From contig NC_092675.1 in assembly GCF_964355755.1 (NCBI RefSeq), positions 26,694,912 to 26,758,911 of the forward strand: a stretch of 64,000 nucleotides of DNA, in the 5' to 3' direction. Below, piece after piece: positions 17,001-32,000 of the stretch. The notes under the pieces were generated by a model that saw nothing but the letters and a program-made list of their open reading frames with translations, searched no databases and was not told the DNA's origin. Position 1 is the stretch's first letter; every line of letters begins with the position of its first letter. Position numbers and translations under genes: made by a program. This stretch comes from Antedon mediterranea. Taxonomy: Eukaryota > Animalia > Echinodermata.

Positions 17001-20000
17001 TCAACTACAAAATGTGATAAGAAAATACCATCACGGACTCCTTTTTCATTTTGCGAAATACGAATAAATGCGTTGTTTGAACTCTCTGTGACATTTGGTT
17101 AATGGATTTGCTATTAAGAATAGATAGGACACTTGATCAAAGTTGAAGATCTCTTATGTAAAGCCTAGAGTCTAACACACACAAAAAAACAACTTGGTAT
17201 AAAAAAAGAGCCTCATTATACTATAATGCACATGCTTATAAATGTAGTGCTATAAAGAATTTTAAACTGCATTTGTTAAAATGTCTCTACATGTATACTG
17301 TTTTTGAGTTTTGTATCTTTTCTCATTATGTTTCGAAAGTAATTTAATTTACTTTGTATCCGTCATATTGCTCATTCATGAGGTTTGGTCTCACTCAGCC
17401 AATTGTTTTGACAACGTTGCCTGTTACTGTATAGTAACTAAATGGTCAAAGGTACTATTATTCAATGGATTTTCGCACATCGCCATGGTCAAAAGCATTA
17501 TGAAAGTGTACACTATATAAGTAATATTAAATGCATCTAAATATTAATGTATTTCATTATGTGCCATAATCTGGCATTCAACTCATTACTATTCATCAAT
17601 ACAAACATGATAGTACTGCAAAAACCTACACTATAATAATACTGTAATAATATACATATTAATTCTGCCCAAGGAATTATATACAGTAATGTACAGAGAA
17701 AATTAATTAAAAATGAAAGGTTGTTTCTAATCGGATCCTGCCTAATTTAGATGCAGAAAGGGTGTGCCAAAAGCTACCTATTTCAAAATTATAAAAGGTT
17801 TGAACACAGTACATAAAAACATATATGCACAATTGCAGGGATAAGAACTCTATAAAGCTCTGTAAAATGTGATGTCTCCATATGGACATGATGATGTCAT
17901 ATCACTACCATATTTGGGGGTATCACTGCGATATTTGGGTACACTTATTTTGTCAAACACGTTTGATAGTGTAGACAGAGCGTTAAGTCTATCTGTCATT
18001 CACTGGTAAGGCCTCAGTTTATGCTCTTATAAAATATTACGCAATCCAAATTACTGTCATCATATGAATTATTCACTGTTGCTGGTAGATACATATCACA
18101 CTAAAAAGCAGGCCTAGGTTTAAATTGTATGCTTATTGTTAAAAATGGTGGTACTGTTTTTATTTAAAGTCAATGATTTTAAATGGTAGAACCATGCTAC
18201 TACTAAACCAATGAATGTATAAATCCTACAGAAAGAAATATCATCTATTTGTACATATAAATATAATATAATACAATGATTGGATATAGTTTGTGCTTGG
18301 TTTTCAATAGCATTATTAAGCACATGAGTTGGAAAATTAAATACAGATACTTTTTACAGTGCTTATTGAAAGTATTAGGATCAATATTATTAATTCATTT
18401 ATTACAGTGATAGTTTTTAAAAAACATTAGTTAAAATATACTGTACTTAGGAGGAAACAACCACTAGATAAAGCATTATGCAAGGTGAATGGAATTAGGA
18501 TAAGTTCTATCCAATGTAGTAATCATAGACTAATCAATCATATAATCAATACAGAACAGAATAACTTGATTAAAAAGTAATGGAACAATTTTGACCAATA
18601 AATCCATTTTCTACGTATAGACTGTATAAAATTATCATGTTGTGCTTGTGAGAAAAAAAAACTTGTGTATACAAGTCTACAGTATAGTGATTGGATAATA
18701 CTTAATAGTCAATACTATAATAAATAGCATTCTACCTAATTGTTAATTTGCTATAGAAATCTATTTTAAATTCAACAGCAACAATAACATTGATCTATTT
18801 CTAAAGCAACCTCTATTCACTTACAGTAAATCGGGACACGGAAAAATTGTCTCGAATTATTAAATACTTGCAATTTATAAACCATCTCTTTCTCCCCGCA
18901 AAATTTATCAGAGGAAAGAAACAGAAATTTAAACGATAAAACAAAGATACAAGAAAAAGGGACAGGTGTAAGTTCACATACTCAAGAAAACACAGTACAT
19001 GCTTTACGAAATGCAGGCAAAATTCTCAAACACTAAGTCAAGGTGGAACGTGCACGTGTGCAAGTACTCGCGTGCTGAGTACGCAAATCAAGTGGACGTG
19101 TTGCGTGAAAATATACAATGCTATTCTGAGGATAAGTATACCTTTCTGCCGTTAATCCGCATATACTCTTCAAATGCAGCCTTAATACGACTTTATCAGT
19201 AAAAAATATCAAAAGAAAAATATAAAAGTAAATATCAATCAGGCAACATGGGGGTTTATGGTCTATGACAGCACTTCACACATTCAAAGATTACAGCACA
19301 CAAAAATGCATAAATATACATAATTTGCTGAAAATTATCAAATATCACAAAAACATTTTCGTATTAATTTAATGTTATAAAATTGAGAATAATATAAAGC
19401 TCTCTCTACACTATCAAACTAGTTTGACATAAAATGTGTGATGTGCCCAAATATGGTAGTGATATGCCCAAATATGGTAGTGATATGACATCATCATGTC
19501 CATATATGGGCACATCCCATTTTTTTGATAGTGTAGACAAGAGTTTTAGAATAAAGAATGATTAATTAATACAAGTCAATTTTGTGTGGGATATTTTGTA
19601 TTCATACAATTTCAGCAAACTTTGTATTCCATTAATTATTATGATTAAATAAAGATTCTATTTATTTGGTGTACTGTATGTTTGTGTTTTTTTTAAGGTA
19701 GAGATATATTACATTACATCTTCTCTGATAATAATATTGAGATTTTATGATTATTTTTTACATTTTATATTGGAACCATGCCATCGGATGTGAAACAAAA
19801 TTATATTTATATTGTTAATTGTATTAAAGTGTTTCTTTTTATGTCAAGCACACAGCAATTTCTTTCTCTGGATTGCACATACAAAATACATTTTTTTCTC
19901 ATTAATTCAACTTCTCAAATTGCAATTAGTGGAATACAAGTAGTAATTGAAACACTACTTAAATAACAATACTGTCAAATGTAATTAATGAATGTTGAAA

Positions 20001-23000
20001 TAACGAGGTCTAGTGACATTTAAACTGTTTTAATCCAATTTATTTACAAAAAGAATATTTATTACGGGTTTTTAATTTATTTATGACATATAATTAAAAA
20101 ATCATAAATTACTAAAACTTGGTTAACAATGTCCGAAAAATCATACAAGCATAAATAATTTAATTTATAGAATGTGATATGTTTACTAAATTACTGTTTT
20201 TTTAAATGTGATGTGCAAGGTACTGTAAAGTGTGTGCATGTGAACATAAACATGGACAAGAGATTGTGAGAAAATATTGCATGTGATTTTGCTGCAGAAA
20301 ATAGAAGTGAGCACACAGTTAAAACGTGCAAATGCTGCCAGCCTACAATTCAGTCAAAATGCATCATGGGAAAATTATGATCATGCGTTATTATGCATCT
20401 CAAGAAGTAGAGAACACATTTTATATTAAAATATTGTGTCATGTTTCTTAACATAAGTATAAAATACTTATTCTAGCATTTTTGCAGGCCCTCCAGATAT
20501 CAATCATGCCACTGCCAATTCTTTTATTTAGAGAATGTAAAATATTATGGTTTAAAAACAGATTAATATTATTTCATACGGACATGTTAGAGTTGATTAT
20601 CAGTTTTAAAAGGTCTTTAGGATTGGTGGTGTAGCTTATAATTTGCATAAATTAACATTTACATGAGTGACATCAATCTGTGTCAGATCGGCTAATATAA
20701 TTTCCGATAATTAAACTTGATAAACACTAAATTATTTTTTGTAAATGTAAATCAAATAAAGTTAGTAATTAGTTCATTCTGGTCTGCGCATACTATTCCA
20801 AGCACACTTATTAAAATTGATATTTGATATGATTAAGTGAGTAAAATATGAATGAAAATAACAATATTTTCCATTTTTTAATGTATATATAAAACATGCA
20901 TATGTATTTTAAATCCTAATTTAAAACCTCTGTATACTATAAAATTAATCAATTTTCAACATGCTCAATCATTTGTTTTTTTACCTCACTTCTGAGCGTG
21001 TCCGAAACGTTGTCGGTCGTGGAATATATGATGGCTTATAAACTTTGTAGGACTAAACAAGAAAATGAGAAACAAGTAGAGGCAAAGAGAGCAAAAAGAG
21101 TGTGCAAAAGAGAAGCAGATTAACGTTGAGCACTGCAAATAGACATATTTGATTATTTCCAAAAATCAACAAAAATACATACATTTGGCAATATTATAAG
21201 AACATAAAATACACAGCATGCTGCATTCCACATTGTATGTTTTTTTAAATTTTTTAAACCATTTAATTCCTTTTATAAATTTTAAATGTTGATATTCAGT
21301 GGCCCTCTTACTTAATACGCTGTACACAATAACGAATGACCCTCTTACTGTAAATACACAAATGAACGAAACAAGGAAATGTTAAAAAAGGACTGGTCCT
21401 ACTAGAATAGAAGACATTGTAAAATATAAAAGTGGTGAGCATTATTTACAAATAATTTAATATGTATACATAATTTTAAATATAATTTATTACGCAATTT
21501 TATCTTTAATTATAATAGGTTAAATATAGGCCTAGTAATCAAAATATAATTTAATTTAAAAATGAATCTTGAACCCACAATAAGCACTATCGTCATGAAT
21601 ACGTCATCCCTTCTCTCTTATGTAACTAATTATAAATAGAGTAGTGCACTATTGCTTCGATATTAAACAGAGTTATACGATAGATTCTAAAAATTAATTA
21701 ATTTAATGTGGGCTTGAAATGAATAAATATGAAATACAAATATTATAAATAATGTAATGAGAAACTATAAAGCACCTGGAGGTAAATTAAATAATGATTT
21801 ATAAATGATAATTAAAGATGAGAAGAGGAAAATGTCCTCACAAATGAGATGCTTTGAAGATATCCTACGATAAGGCTTTAATAGCATACTCAAGCTGGTA
21901 CAGTATGCTGAGATACTAATGTTATTATTGGTTAAATATCAAACAAAAACCTGATAATAATTCTTGCAAAGAACTGTAAAGAATCTATCCAACCATGGAA
22001 CTTATATTATAGTTCCATGATCCAACCAATCTACAACCAAACACTACCATGTATCATACATGAGCCAGACAGCATTTGAATCAGTTGAAATTTAGGGTGC
22101 TAGCTCTATCTACTATCAAAATTTATGTGACTAAAAAATGTAATGTGCCCATGATGTTATCTCACTATCTATTTGGGAATATCACTTCAATTTTTGGGCA
22201 CAACACACTTTTTTTGTGAAACTAGTTTGATGTAGACAGCTTTAGATCTAAACATATAAGAATAAGAATCTTTATTATGCAATCTCATTCTAATCTACCA
22301 TGGTGGTATATGAATAACACAAAATCAACCGCATTCTGTGAACATTATACTATATTACTATTTTAAAATATTATTTTGGAAATCTATGAATAGACTAAAT
22401 ACAAAGACTATCTCTACTATTATTATTAAGGCCTGAAATGCCATATTCTTAAGAGGAAGAATTTGAATAAATTAAAAAACACTAGAAAAAAACAAACCCT
22501 AACACAATAAAACGAATTAGCATTTATTATCATATTATGGAAATAACACAATATGAAAAAAAAAAATAGAACCGTAAATGGCATTGAACGTTGTCTGATT
22601 ATAATATTGGTTCCTTAGTGTATGGGTTTCTTTGTAATATGGTTATTAACATTTTGAATGAACAGAGGAAGTGAAAAGCTGATTTTGTATTTTTGAATAT
22701 TTTAAAAGATTTCTTTTGAAAATCCCTAATTTTCACTGACTCTATCAATTTTAATTCTATAAAAATTCTATATTTTTAAACCATTCAAAAATAGATTTCA
22801 CTAATTATAGTCTTTTGAAAGAAAATAATAATTACACTAAAACATGAATATTTATGCTAACAATTTTAACAATTATTGAGGTGTTAAATGTCTAACATGT
22901 GAATGTCAGAATTGTATGCAATGAATAAAATTGTAGAAAATGTTAGGTGAGAATGGGGAGGGGTTAGGACAATAAGCATAAGCATTAATTTTAAGAAATA

Positions 23001-26000
23001 ATTGAACGACATGGAGAAAAACAAGTACAAAGTATTCCTCCATAAGGCTGTACTACAGTATGTACAGATAAATTATTCCTAACATGTAGAAATTGTTAAT
23101 GGCCTCACGCAAGACAGAAATAAAGCATAAAAAGGCAGATATAAATTAAATTGTACGGACATATTGAAATAAATCCATAAGATAAAATTAAATTAAAATT
23201 ATGAAGCTTTATATTCATATTTCATTTTATCATCCAAATATTATTTTCATAGCAGATCAATTTACCTAGATATGCAATTAATAACTGACTGCCATATCAA
23301 TAGGATATTATGTAATTACGGATATGTTGAAATGATATGTTTCTCTCGTAAAATACATTACTAATTTACTGTATTATGTTCTAAGAATATGTTTACCTAG
23401 AAAAACAACTTTGAATAAAAAAAACCCATGAATACATAATCCTATAAATTATTCACAAACCTACAATCAAGACATAATTATAATTACAACAGGTGTTTGT
23501 TAAGCCTTATAAAGAAAAAACTAAATTTGCATTTTCTTGCTCACTTTCCTGCACAAATTTGAATAGCTTAAAAATCCATGGAAAACGCTAACCCCCATCA
23601 TACAGTAGCATAGACCTACTCTCCCTACCCCTCCCCTACAAATGCTCTCTCTCCTTCCTATTACATTGCTGTTAAATGATTCAGGGAAAATCTGTTATCT
23701 CAATATAACTACAGTATTGGTAGTAAAAGTATTCCAAAAAATAAAAGGTCTATCATATTGGAGTATGGAAATACATACTGTATTGGTAAGAGTCATGCCA
23801 TCATCATATAGAATTCAATGAAACAGTATAGAATAGATAAATCACACAGATTTGTATTTCATTGCTTTGCATAAGAATTAGTTTAAATATGGGGTGTTCA
23901 AAATGTGTGTTATTTTACGAGTATGTTCTTCCCTTACAGGGGGAAAGGCCTATGTCAGTTTATCCTGGTAACCTAGGCATGAAATATTAAAATTTCATAT
24001 GGACTTTATTATGACAAATAGTGTTAAAAAATTTAAAGATGATTTCACATAGGTTAAGTAAAGTAGGTTAATAATAAATAATAAAACAACAATTTATAAT
24101 CTTTACTAAAAATGTATCTAATCTATTTAATTAATATCAACTGCTTCACAGATTTTGAAACATTATTATGGATGAAGAATTAATCAATGAAATAATAATC
24201 AAAACACTATATCTTTACCTAATTAACATTAATAACAGTTATTAATAAAGAAAGTAAAAATAATACCGGCTGAGGAAACGAACAAATAAAGGAAAGAAGG
24301 ACGATTATTAAACAAAAGAATAACATTAACAAACTGACCAATGAAAGAGCTTAAAAAGAATGTCATAACAATTACTGCTGCTAGTAAAGAAAGAACATGT
24401 TTAGAAATTATCATATATTCGGCTTTAAACTTTCTTAATCCAGAAAATTTATTTTAAAAACAAATTAAATGCAATACAGTATTTTTGCTGGTTAATCTAA
24501 ACCATTGATGGTATTATTGTCCCACATAAACATACTTTACCTTGATTTTCACTGAGTGAGTAATCTTTACATAATGATTTTATAGTATGATTCACTACCA
24601 TATTGTGTTTTTAATAGAAAAAAGTCAGCCATAGAGAATAAAAAAGTTACATAATATTACAAAATGTTTTGGCACAAATACAAATTATGATATAATACTG
24701 TACAGTATATTGTTCTATTCATTCTATCTCACCCTGTGTGAGTGGCCGAGAGGTTAAGACAGTGGAACCATACCGTAATCCATATCAATAATATTGGCAA
24801 GGGTTCAAGGATTTTTCATTCCATGGTTCTGGTAGTAGTACTGTACAACAAGTCTTCTCGGATAAGGACTACTGTATACTGTATGTCCAGTGTACACAAA
24901 ATGTTTATGAAACTAATAATTATATTGCATCTTATAGATGTGCTAATTCACACACAGCCACTACCACAACCAGGAAGTTGACTGTACACTGACATGATGT
25001 GACATAACCCTTCGGGAGAAACATAGTTAAAAAATGTTAACATCTAAAGTCCAGGTATACACAAACGTATTCATTATGTAAATCGCTTTTGAATATTAAA
25101 TGAATATTGTTATATCATTATCATATGTACCCCATTAGCTATTTCTATTGTCCAACACATAATATAACTATAAAGAATATGTACTAGGTTCACAGTTTAC
25201 ACAGTAGGATTTACTAAAGCCTTCAAAGTGAGAGTGTGCCCTGTGCAACGATTAATCACAACTCCTTGACAAATTTATTTTGACGTATTCTACGATTCAA
25301 GACATAAACTAGACACATTGACGTAATAATAACAAAGAACATGTGCAGAGGAATAGAATGCTATGACTTACAATGATGGGAAGATCGGCTTGTACGCCAA
25401 CATCTCGTTTTGGAACTTGGTTGCGGTTACTCAACTCGGTCTGTGCTGTCTGGAACTCTAACTGTGGAAAGAAAAACAGTAACATGATAATTTACAGTAC
25501 TTTATTACCAACATTTTTAGAACACTTTTGTAGATCTGTTTATTTTAAAATATAACTTTACTAAACATTACTTGGTGAGTTCTAGTATTGAATGCAATGA
25601 GAATACTGTATAAACAGGGAGGTATAACTACCTCCCTGGTATAAAATACTGTTGTTTAGGTCAATCGAAATAAATTGATCTCATCAGCCATGAATGAACA
25701 ATTTAGCCCAGCAAAACAAAATTGAGATTGACAATGAAAGATAAAATCTGTTGACACTTTGATTCTTTACAGTTTATACTTTTCAAATTTGTCATAATGT
25801 TAATCTAAAAGCTGTGGGCCTAAAAGCTCTGTCTACACTATCAACCTACAGTAGTTTGACAGAAGAAAGTGTGATTAGCCCAAATATGATTGTGATATGC
25901 CCAAATATGGTATCATCATGTCCACATATTGTATGGGCACATCACATTTTGTTGTCACAAAGTTTGATAATGTAGACAGAGCTTAACATGGTCTATGCAA

Positions 26001-29000
26001 CCATGTGACATGCTTAGTGTGTATGCATGTGATAACAATTTGGTGATGAAAAGGAAGTATGCACCAACATTTTGAGATGTTCAATGGGAAACCATAGTCC
26101 TTGTATTCAATAGTAACTTTTGTTGTAAAGTCTAGACAATTAAAATGATAAAATGTTTACAATCTTTTATTCATTTGGTTTCTCAGTTAATTTACCAAGT
26201 GATCATAGATCAAAGCATCACAAAAATAAATAAATAAAAAACCTGAATTATGTATAAAGTGGACAGACACTTGTGTGTCTCACCTAATAGATGAAATATT
26301 TCATTACATTGGATCTTTTAACTCACTAAAAAACAATGCAATTAATTATTCCAGATTTTGTGAAATTTAAGTGCTTTAGAAGCAATTCTAATATGCATAC
26401 GATATTCTCTTGACGACAACATGTCTGTTAGCACAGACTAAAAATGCCTGCTAATCCCATCAAGGAAAGTGTAGTAATATACAGTAGTATGAAAATTAAT
26501 AAACATTTCAAAACTAACGATTAGGTTATACTGTATTTTATTTACATACACTACAGGTAGCAAGGTAGATGGACTGTAAAATGTGAATTCATGTTATGTT
26601 AAAATCCATCATAAAAGCTTGTATGTATAAACGCACAGTAGTTTGAATTAGAAGTTTACCATACTTACTGTATTTGTTTTCAAAAATTGCCTTAATTTTG
26701 TTGTTCTAAAGGATTATGATTTTACCGAGACTGAGATACAGTAGGAAAACTCCACACTAAAGCGTGGTTCCCACTAGCGACGCAACGCAAGGACGTAACG
26801 CAACGCAAGTGAATTTACCAATCACAAGCGATGGCTTATTCGCTTTTGATTGCCAACTGTCTATAACTTCGCTTGTAATTGGTTAAAACGCTTGCGTTGC
26901 GTTTACGTCCTTGCGTTACGTTCTAGTGGGAACCAAGCTTAAGGTATACTTTCCATGTAAACCAACCATGCAGGTTTATGGCCTATCTATATGTTGTGTT
27001 CTTGAGTATAAACCTATCCCGAGGTATTAAGCCCATTCTTGTTTTTATATGTGTTTTTTTTTTTGCATACACATTTAATATCAAGTTTACTACCAATTTT
27101 AGGATAAGGGGATGTAAAAAGTGGAGTATTTAAACAGTCATGAGATACTATACATTGACATTTATTGTATGTGAAAAATCATGTTTTACAGAATGACCCA
27201 GATACAACCCTGGCACTGGATTAGGGTTGAACCATGAATCATTGGGATTGGACGGCAAGCTTGTTAACCACCAAGTTCCACTACAATATTATATACCTCG
27301 TCATTTTCATAGAACCAGGTGGGTGGAATTATAAATGTATAGACTTAATTAATGCAATAGGAAGCCTACCAGTTCACCATGTAATCTTCCCACTGTCTTG
27401 TCAGTCTCTTCAATCAATCTCTTCATTGAGGTTATTTCAGTTTTTAGTTGAACATTTTCCTGAAATATAAAATAATATTATATAGCATAACTTATCTACC
27501 TGTGAGATATACTGTAGCCACGAGAAATAAAGTGGTCCGTTTTTTTGCAAGAAAAGGGAACAATCTCTGTTCAAGCCACTGGGTTGTGAAAGACCTCTGT
27601 GAAAAAGTGGCAAGAAACCTTACCAACTGCTGGTGGCTACGCCCTGTTAATTTATAAAGTAAAACCAACTTCTTACAAAATTTAGGCAATATAATAATAC
27701 AAAAATAGATGATTCTCTTTTTTCTATCTGTACCAGTATATAACTTTGCTAGAAGATCTAGTATTTGTTTAAGTATGCATCTTTGAACATTTATCAAATT
27801 AATTTATCATATCTCAATTAACAATTTCACACCAAAAGTAACCCATCCAAATATTTAATTGTTAAAAGGGGATTAATAATATGTTTATTTATTTACACAA
27901 TACAGTACCAACACAACCTTTGGCAAATTATATATTTATGTAAGAAAACAGAAGCTTTAAAAGAGACAATTAATTTTAATGTTTTTTTCCAATAAATGTG
28001 TTGCATTATACTTTATAGTTTATATTAACTTTTCACATCGTCTAGCAAAACCTCCAACACACACAAAACAGAGATGTTGACACTCATGTGTTAAACCAAG
28101 GCAATCAGGATGCTGAGCTTTGGAGATCTAATGGTTTATCTATCGCTGCAACACGATCAGTTCCACGCCCCCTAACCAACACCTTGTCGCGGAGAATATG
28201 TACATATAGTACTGTTAGTGTTAGTATTTATCGGAGCCATACAGGATTGTAAGTTCCTATCTTGGCAAGACAAGCTCAGTGTCCTGTTGTTAGATTGCCT
28301 TGTTTAAACTTCAGAGCTTGCAAGGCGATGTGAAAGGCTTATTAGCTTTATTAAAATATTAATGTTCTGTTGTTTTATGATTTGATATACTCTACTGTAA
28401 TAAACTTCTTTTTTTTTTTAATACTGAATACTAAAACTAATTAGTATAAATAGAGAAAAATACTTTCTAAATCTAATTGTGCTTTTAAATACAAATTACT
28501 TATTCAACACAATTCAACACTAATTAAAAACATTTACAGAAAACATTTTCATCCGGAATGCAAATCGATTTTAGCCTGATTTTATCGGTGCATAAACACC
28601 GAGTAAACTTCCAGTAATAGCATCTAGAGGGTGTTTGATAATTGCATTAGTGACGTCATTAAATTAGGTGTCTCAAAACCTTGTCGGCAATTTTTTGATT
28701 GTTGAATTAATATACGAACTAGACTTCCGAAAATCTCATTATTGTATTGATTTTGTCAAGCTTTATCAAGCTATGATATTCATTCAATATTTGGGAGGTA
28801 AATTAAAATATGATGATTAACTCAATCATTTCTAAATAAAACTCTTGGGTAGTAAATATTTTCTTATTTAACGATTAGTTTTCACAATTAATTTAAGGAG
28901 TAAATACAGTATTTCCTTATTCAGTGAAAATTGTTCTCAATAATTTCAGGGCAAACGGAGAACTATAAACGTCCAGCAATTATATTTATTCTACTAAATG

Positions 29001-32000
29001 AAGATATGCAACATTTAATATATGCTTTCACTGTTTATAATAAACTGGATTTAATTATGATTGAATGGTTTGAAGACTGTAACCTTTAGATGACATCTAC
29101 TAAACCAAAGAACTTCATAACAACACCTAAGGAATAATATCGAAGGACGATTATAATAAGCAATAGGTTTGTAGTGTTGTCTAATGCAGTGAGAGAGTGC
29201 AGAATATCACTGTGAAACACAGTGTACGCTTCAAGTGATTGCATATCACCTTCCGCTATCGTACGTTGGTTGTCGACAGCAGCTTGCTTCGATGAGTATT
29301 GATTTTAGGTTGCGTTTCAAACGTTGACCCATCTTTTAATGCTGAGGTTGTTGTTGAATCATTATGAAAATGATTTTTTGACTCAATCAAATATAATAAC
29401 ACAAAGAGACAATCTATAATTAATTAATGTTCTCAGAAAATCAAAACAATATCTTTATAATTGAACATCCTATCAAATCGTATAAAAAACCAACAAACCC
29501 AATTGCTACTGTAAAAGAGGTTTAACTTGAATCTTAGAAACATGTTTTTTTTTTTGAAATATTCTATTTTCTTCATAATAAAATAACACAAAGAGACAAT
29601 CTATAACCAATTAATGTTTTAAGAAAACCAAAACAATATGTTATGTAATATTGAACATCCTATCACATGGTATAAAAACACAACAAAAAGAGGTTTAACT
29701 TGAATCTAAACTTTTTTTTTGTTGCAATATTCTATTTTCTTCATAATAAAAATAATGAGTATCTCTACTCTATCAAAGATTTGGTAAAATCAATGACTAG
29801 TTAACTAATTATACTAATAAATTTGAGTCATAACACAGGTAGAGGGTGAGGAAATGGCGGCTATACATGTAGTTATTGCATTACCTTTATGATTAGAGGT
29901 GAAATTACACAAAGGCTCTTACTTCTTATCAAATCTAAACAGATGCATAGTCCATAAGGGCCTAATAGAAGCTACCTCATCAATTATAAATACAGTACAA
30001 ATATTTTCAGTATCAATTACTGTATGCTTCCAGTATACAATGGTCTTTTAAAATTTGTCTTTTTGTTAAAAACATCGAGTATTTTGGGGAATAACCAGTG
30101 TTTAATGCATTCTGTTGAATGAAATATTTTACCAAAAAATGAAAAATGAAAGCAAAATATAAAAAGAAAATACTATCTAAATTTAAAATGAAACTAATAA
30201 AATGAACAATTATAAAAACTGTGTTATAAGATAGAATGATAAGCATTGATATAATTGTTACCAACTGGATAACAGTTTTATGAGTGATGATTTGATGGTG
30301 ATAAAAGTTTATTTTTGTGTTGATGTGTTCAATTTTATCTATTTTTATTTTATTATACAGTAAATTGTTTTAAATATAAATTGCAATTTCTTTTACTTTC
30401 ATATTTCAATGTTACCCAGTCAGAAATATAAGATTTCAGTAATTTTCCTTTTGATTATAAATAATAGTAAACCTGAAAATGATGCTAAAACAAATCGTAC
30501 AGCTTCTTTCTCCATACACAAAGTTTCATTAAAACCCAATTAAGGTTTTATCAGATACGCAACATAATTAGTTATTGCCACTGTATGTCCTTAATGTCAT
30601 GAGCAAACCACAACTGCTGGACACGTTATGATCCGTTACATAATTCTTGTTTGAAAAAAAAGGCATTTTTTAGGATACATCCCGAGCTTATTAAACCACA
30701 CCATGATTGAAGAGAAAAGAGATTTTAATAAACCCAAAACTTTATGGTAGAGCTTTGGAGCATGTCAAGTTTTAAGAAAAAGATCTCCAAATATCCTCAA
30801 ATTAATTCATTACCGGCATAGGGCATTCCGTGGATCATGTATGCATTTTTCAGGCAATGCTATTCGATTCGGGATGAAGTTTAATAAAAACCTGTTTTTG
30901 TTTTTGTACTGTCTCAACTATGAGTCATTTTTATGTATTGACATATTATTTTGAACGTATGGCCATTTCACACATGGATGATAATGAAAAGGGCGATGAC
31001 CCAGGACAGAATATATACAATTACATTTAAGATATTAGGAGTTACCACAATATTGTCAAAATGAATGCCATAATTTACCTATTTAGAAATTCATATTTAC
31101 TGTAATGTACAAAAGTATTAAAAAAAACAAGAAATTTTGTGATAAAAAAACCACTTCCAGTGACTAATTCTGAAATAACACAGAGCTATGAAAGTATATC
31201 AGCAGTATCGGACTCGTATATGAATCGGATCTGTTCTATGCACGCTTGGCTTAACAATAGTGCGTGTGAACACAGCTATTGAATGCATAGTTTGAAAAAG
31301 TTACAGCCATAAAACCAAGTGTTCAAAGTTTGCTACCCCCCTAACAATAAAACTTTAATAACAGTTTAACACAAAGAAGAAAACCAAGCACAAGACAAAC
31401 AAATAAAAAACAATAAGTTGGCCAGCCTCAGAGGTCCACCAGTGAATTGAACTCAGCCAAAAAAAAGCCTTGGCCCTTTCCATATTGTGAAGTTTTGTGT
31501 TTTACAACATAAAAACAAAAGTTTATGAAATAGTTAAACTCATGCTATAGTGACGCTAATTAAAGAAGTCTACGATAGGACATATCTATAATTGGGGCCA
31601 TTATTTCCATGGGTCATATTCTTGGGGTAGACCATTGTATAATAGGGACTTTTAGATTTGATTGAACGTGTACTGTACGACATTCATGTCCACATGGATC
31701 ATAGTTTATTGTTACTCATCGCCAGATATATGAACCTTTAGATTAAGTGGACATTTACATTGACATGCCAGTGAACGTATGACATAATGACATTAGAATC
31801 TGACAATGTAATCTATGAAACTGAAATGTACTTTTACAACAGTCTCAGAAAATCATCGCGAGATCATTCTCCACCTTAATTTATTATGACATCATACATC
31901 CACTCGTACTCATGTTAGTTGACGTGCCAGTCGACTTGTGCATGCGCATATCATAAAAATGATGACATAGGGTAGCAGTCGACATAGTGCAAATCTAGGA

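Noticed and set aside
29250-29332. Possible alternative first exon MGQRLKRNLKSILIEASCC (-)
   Set aside because: The donor is weak and its phase does not match the next exon; no other support.
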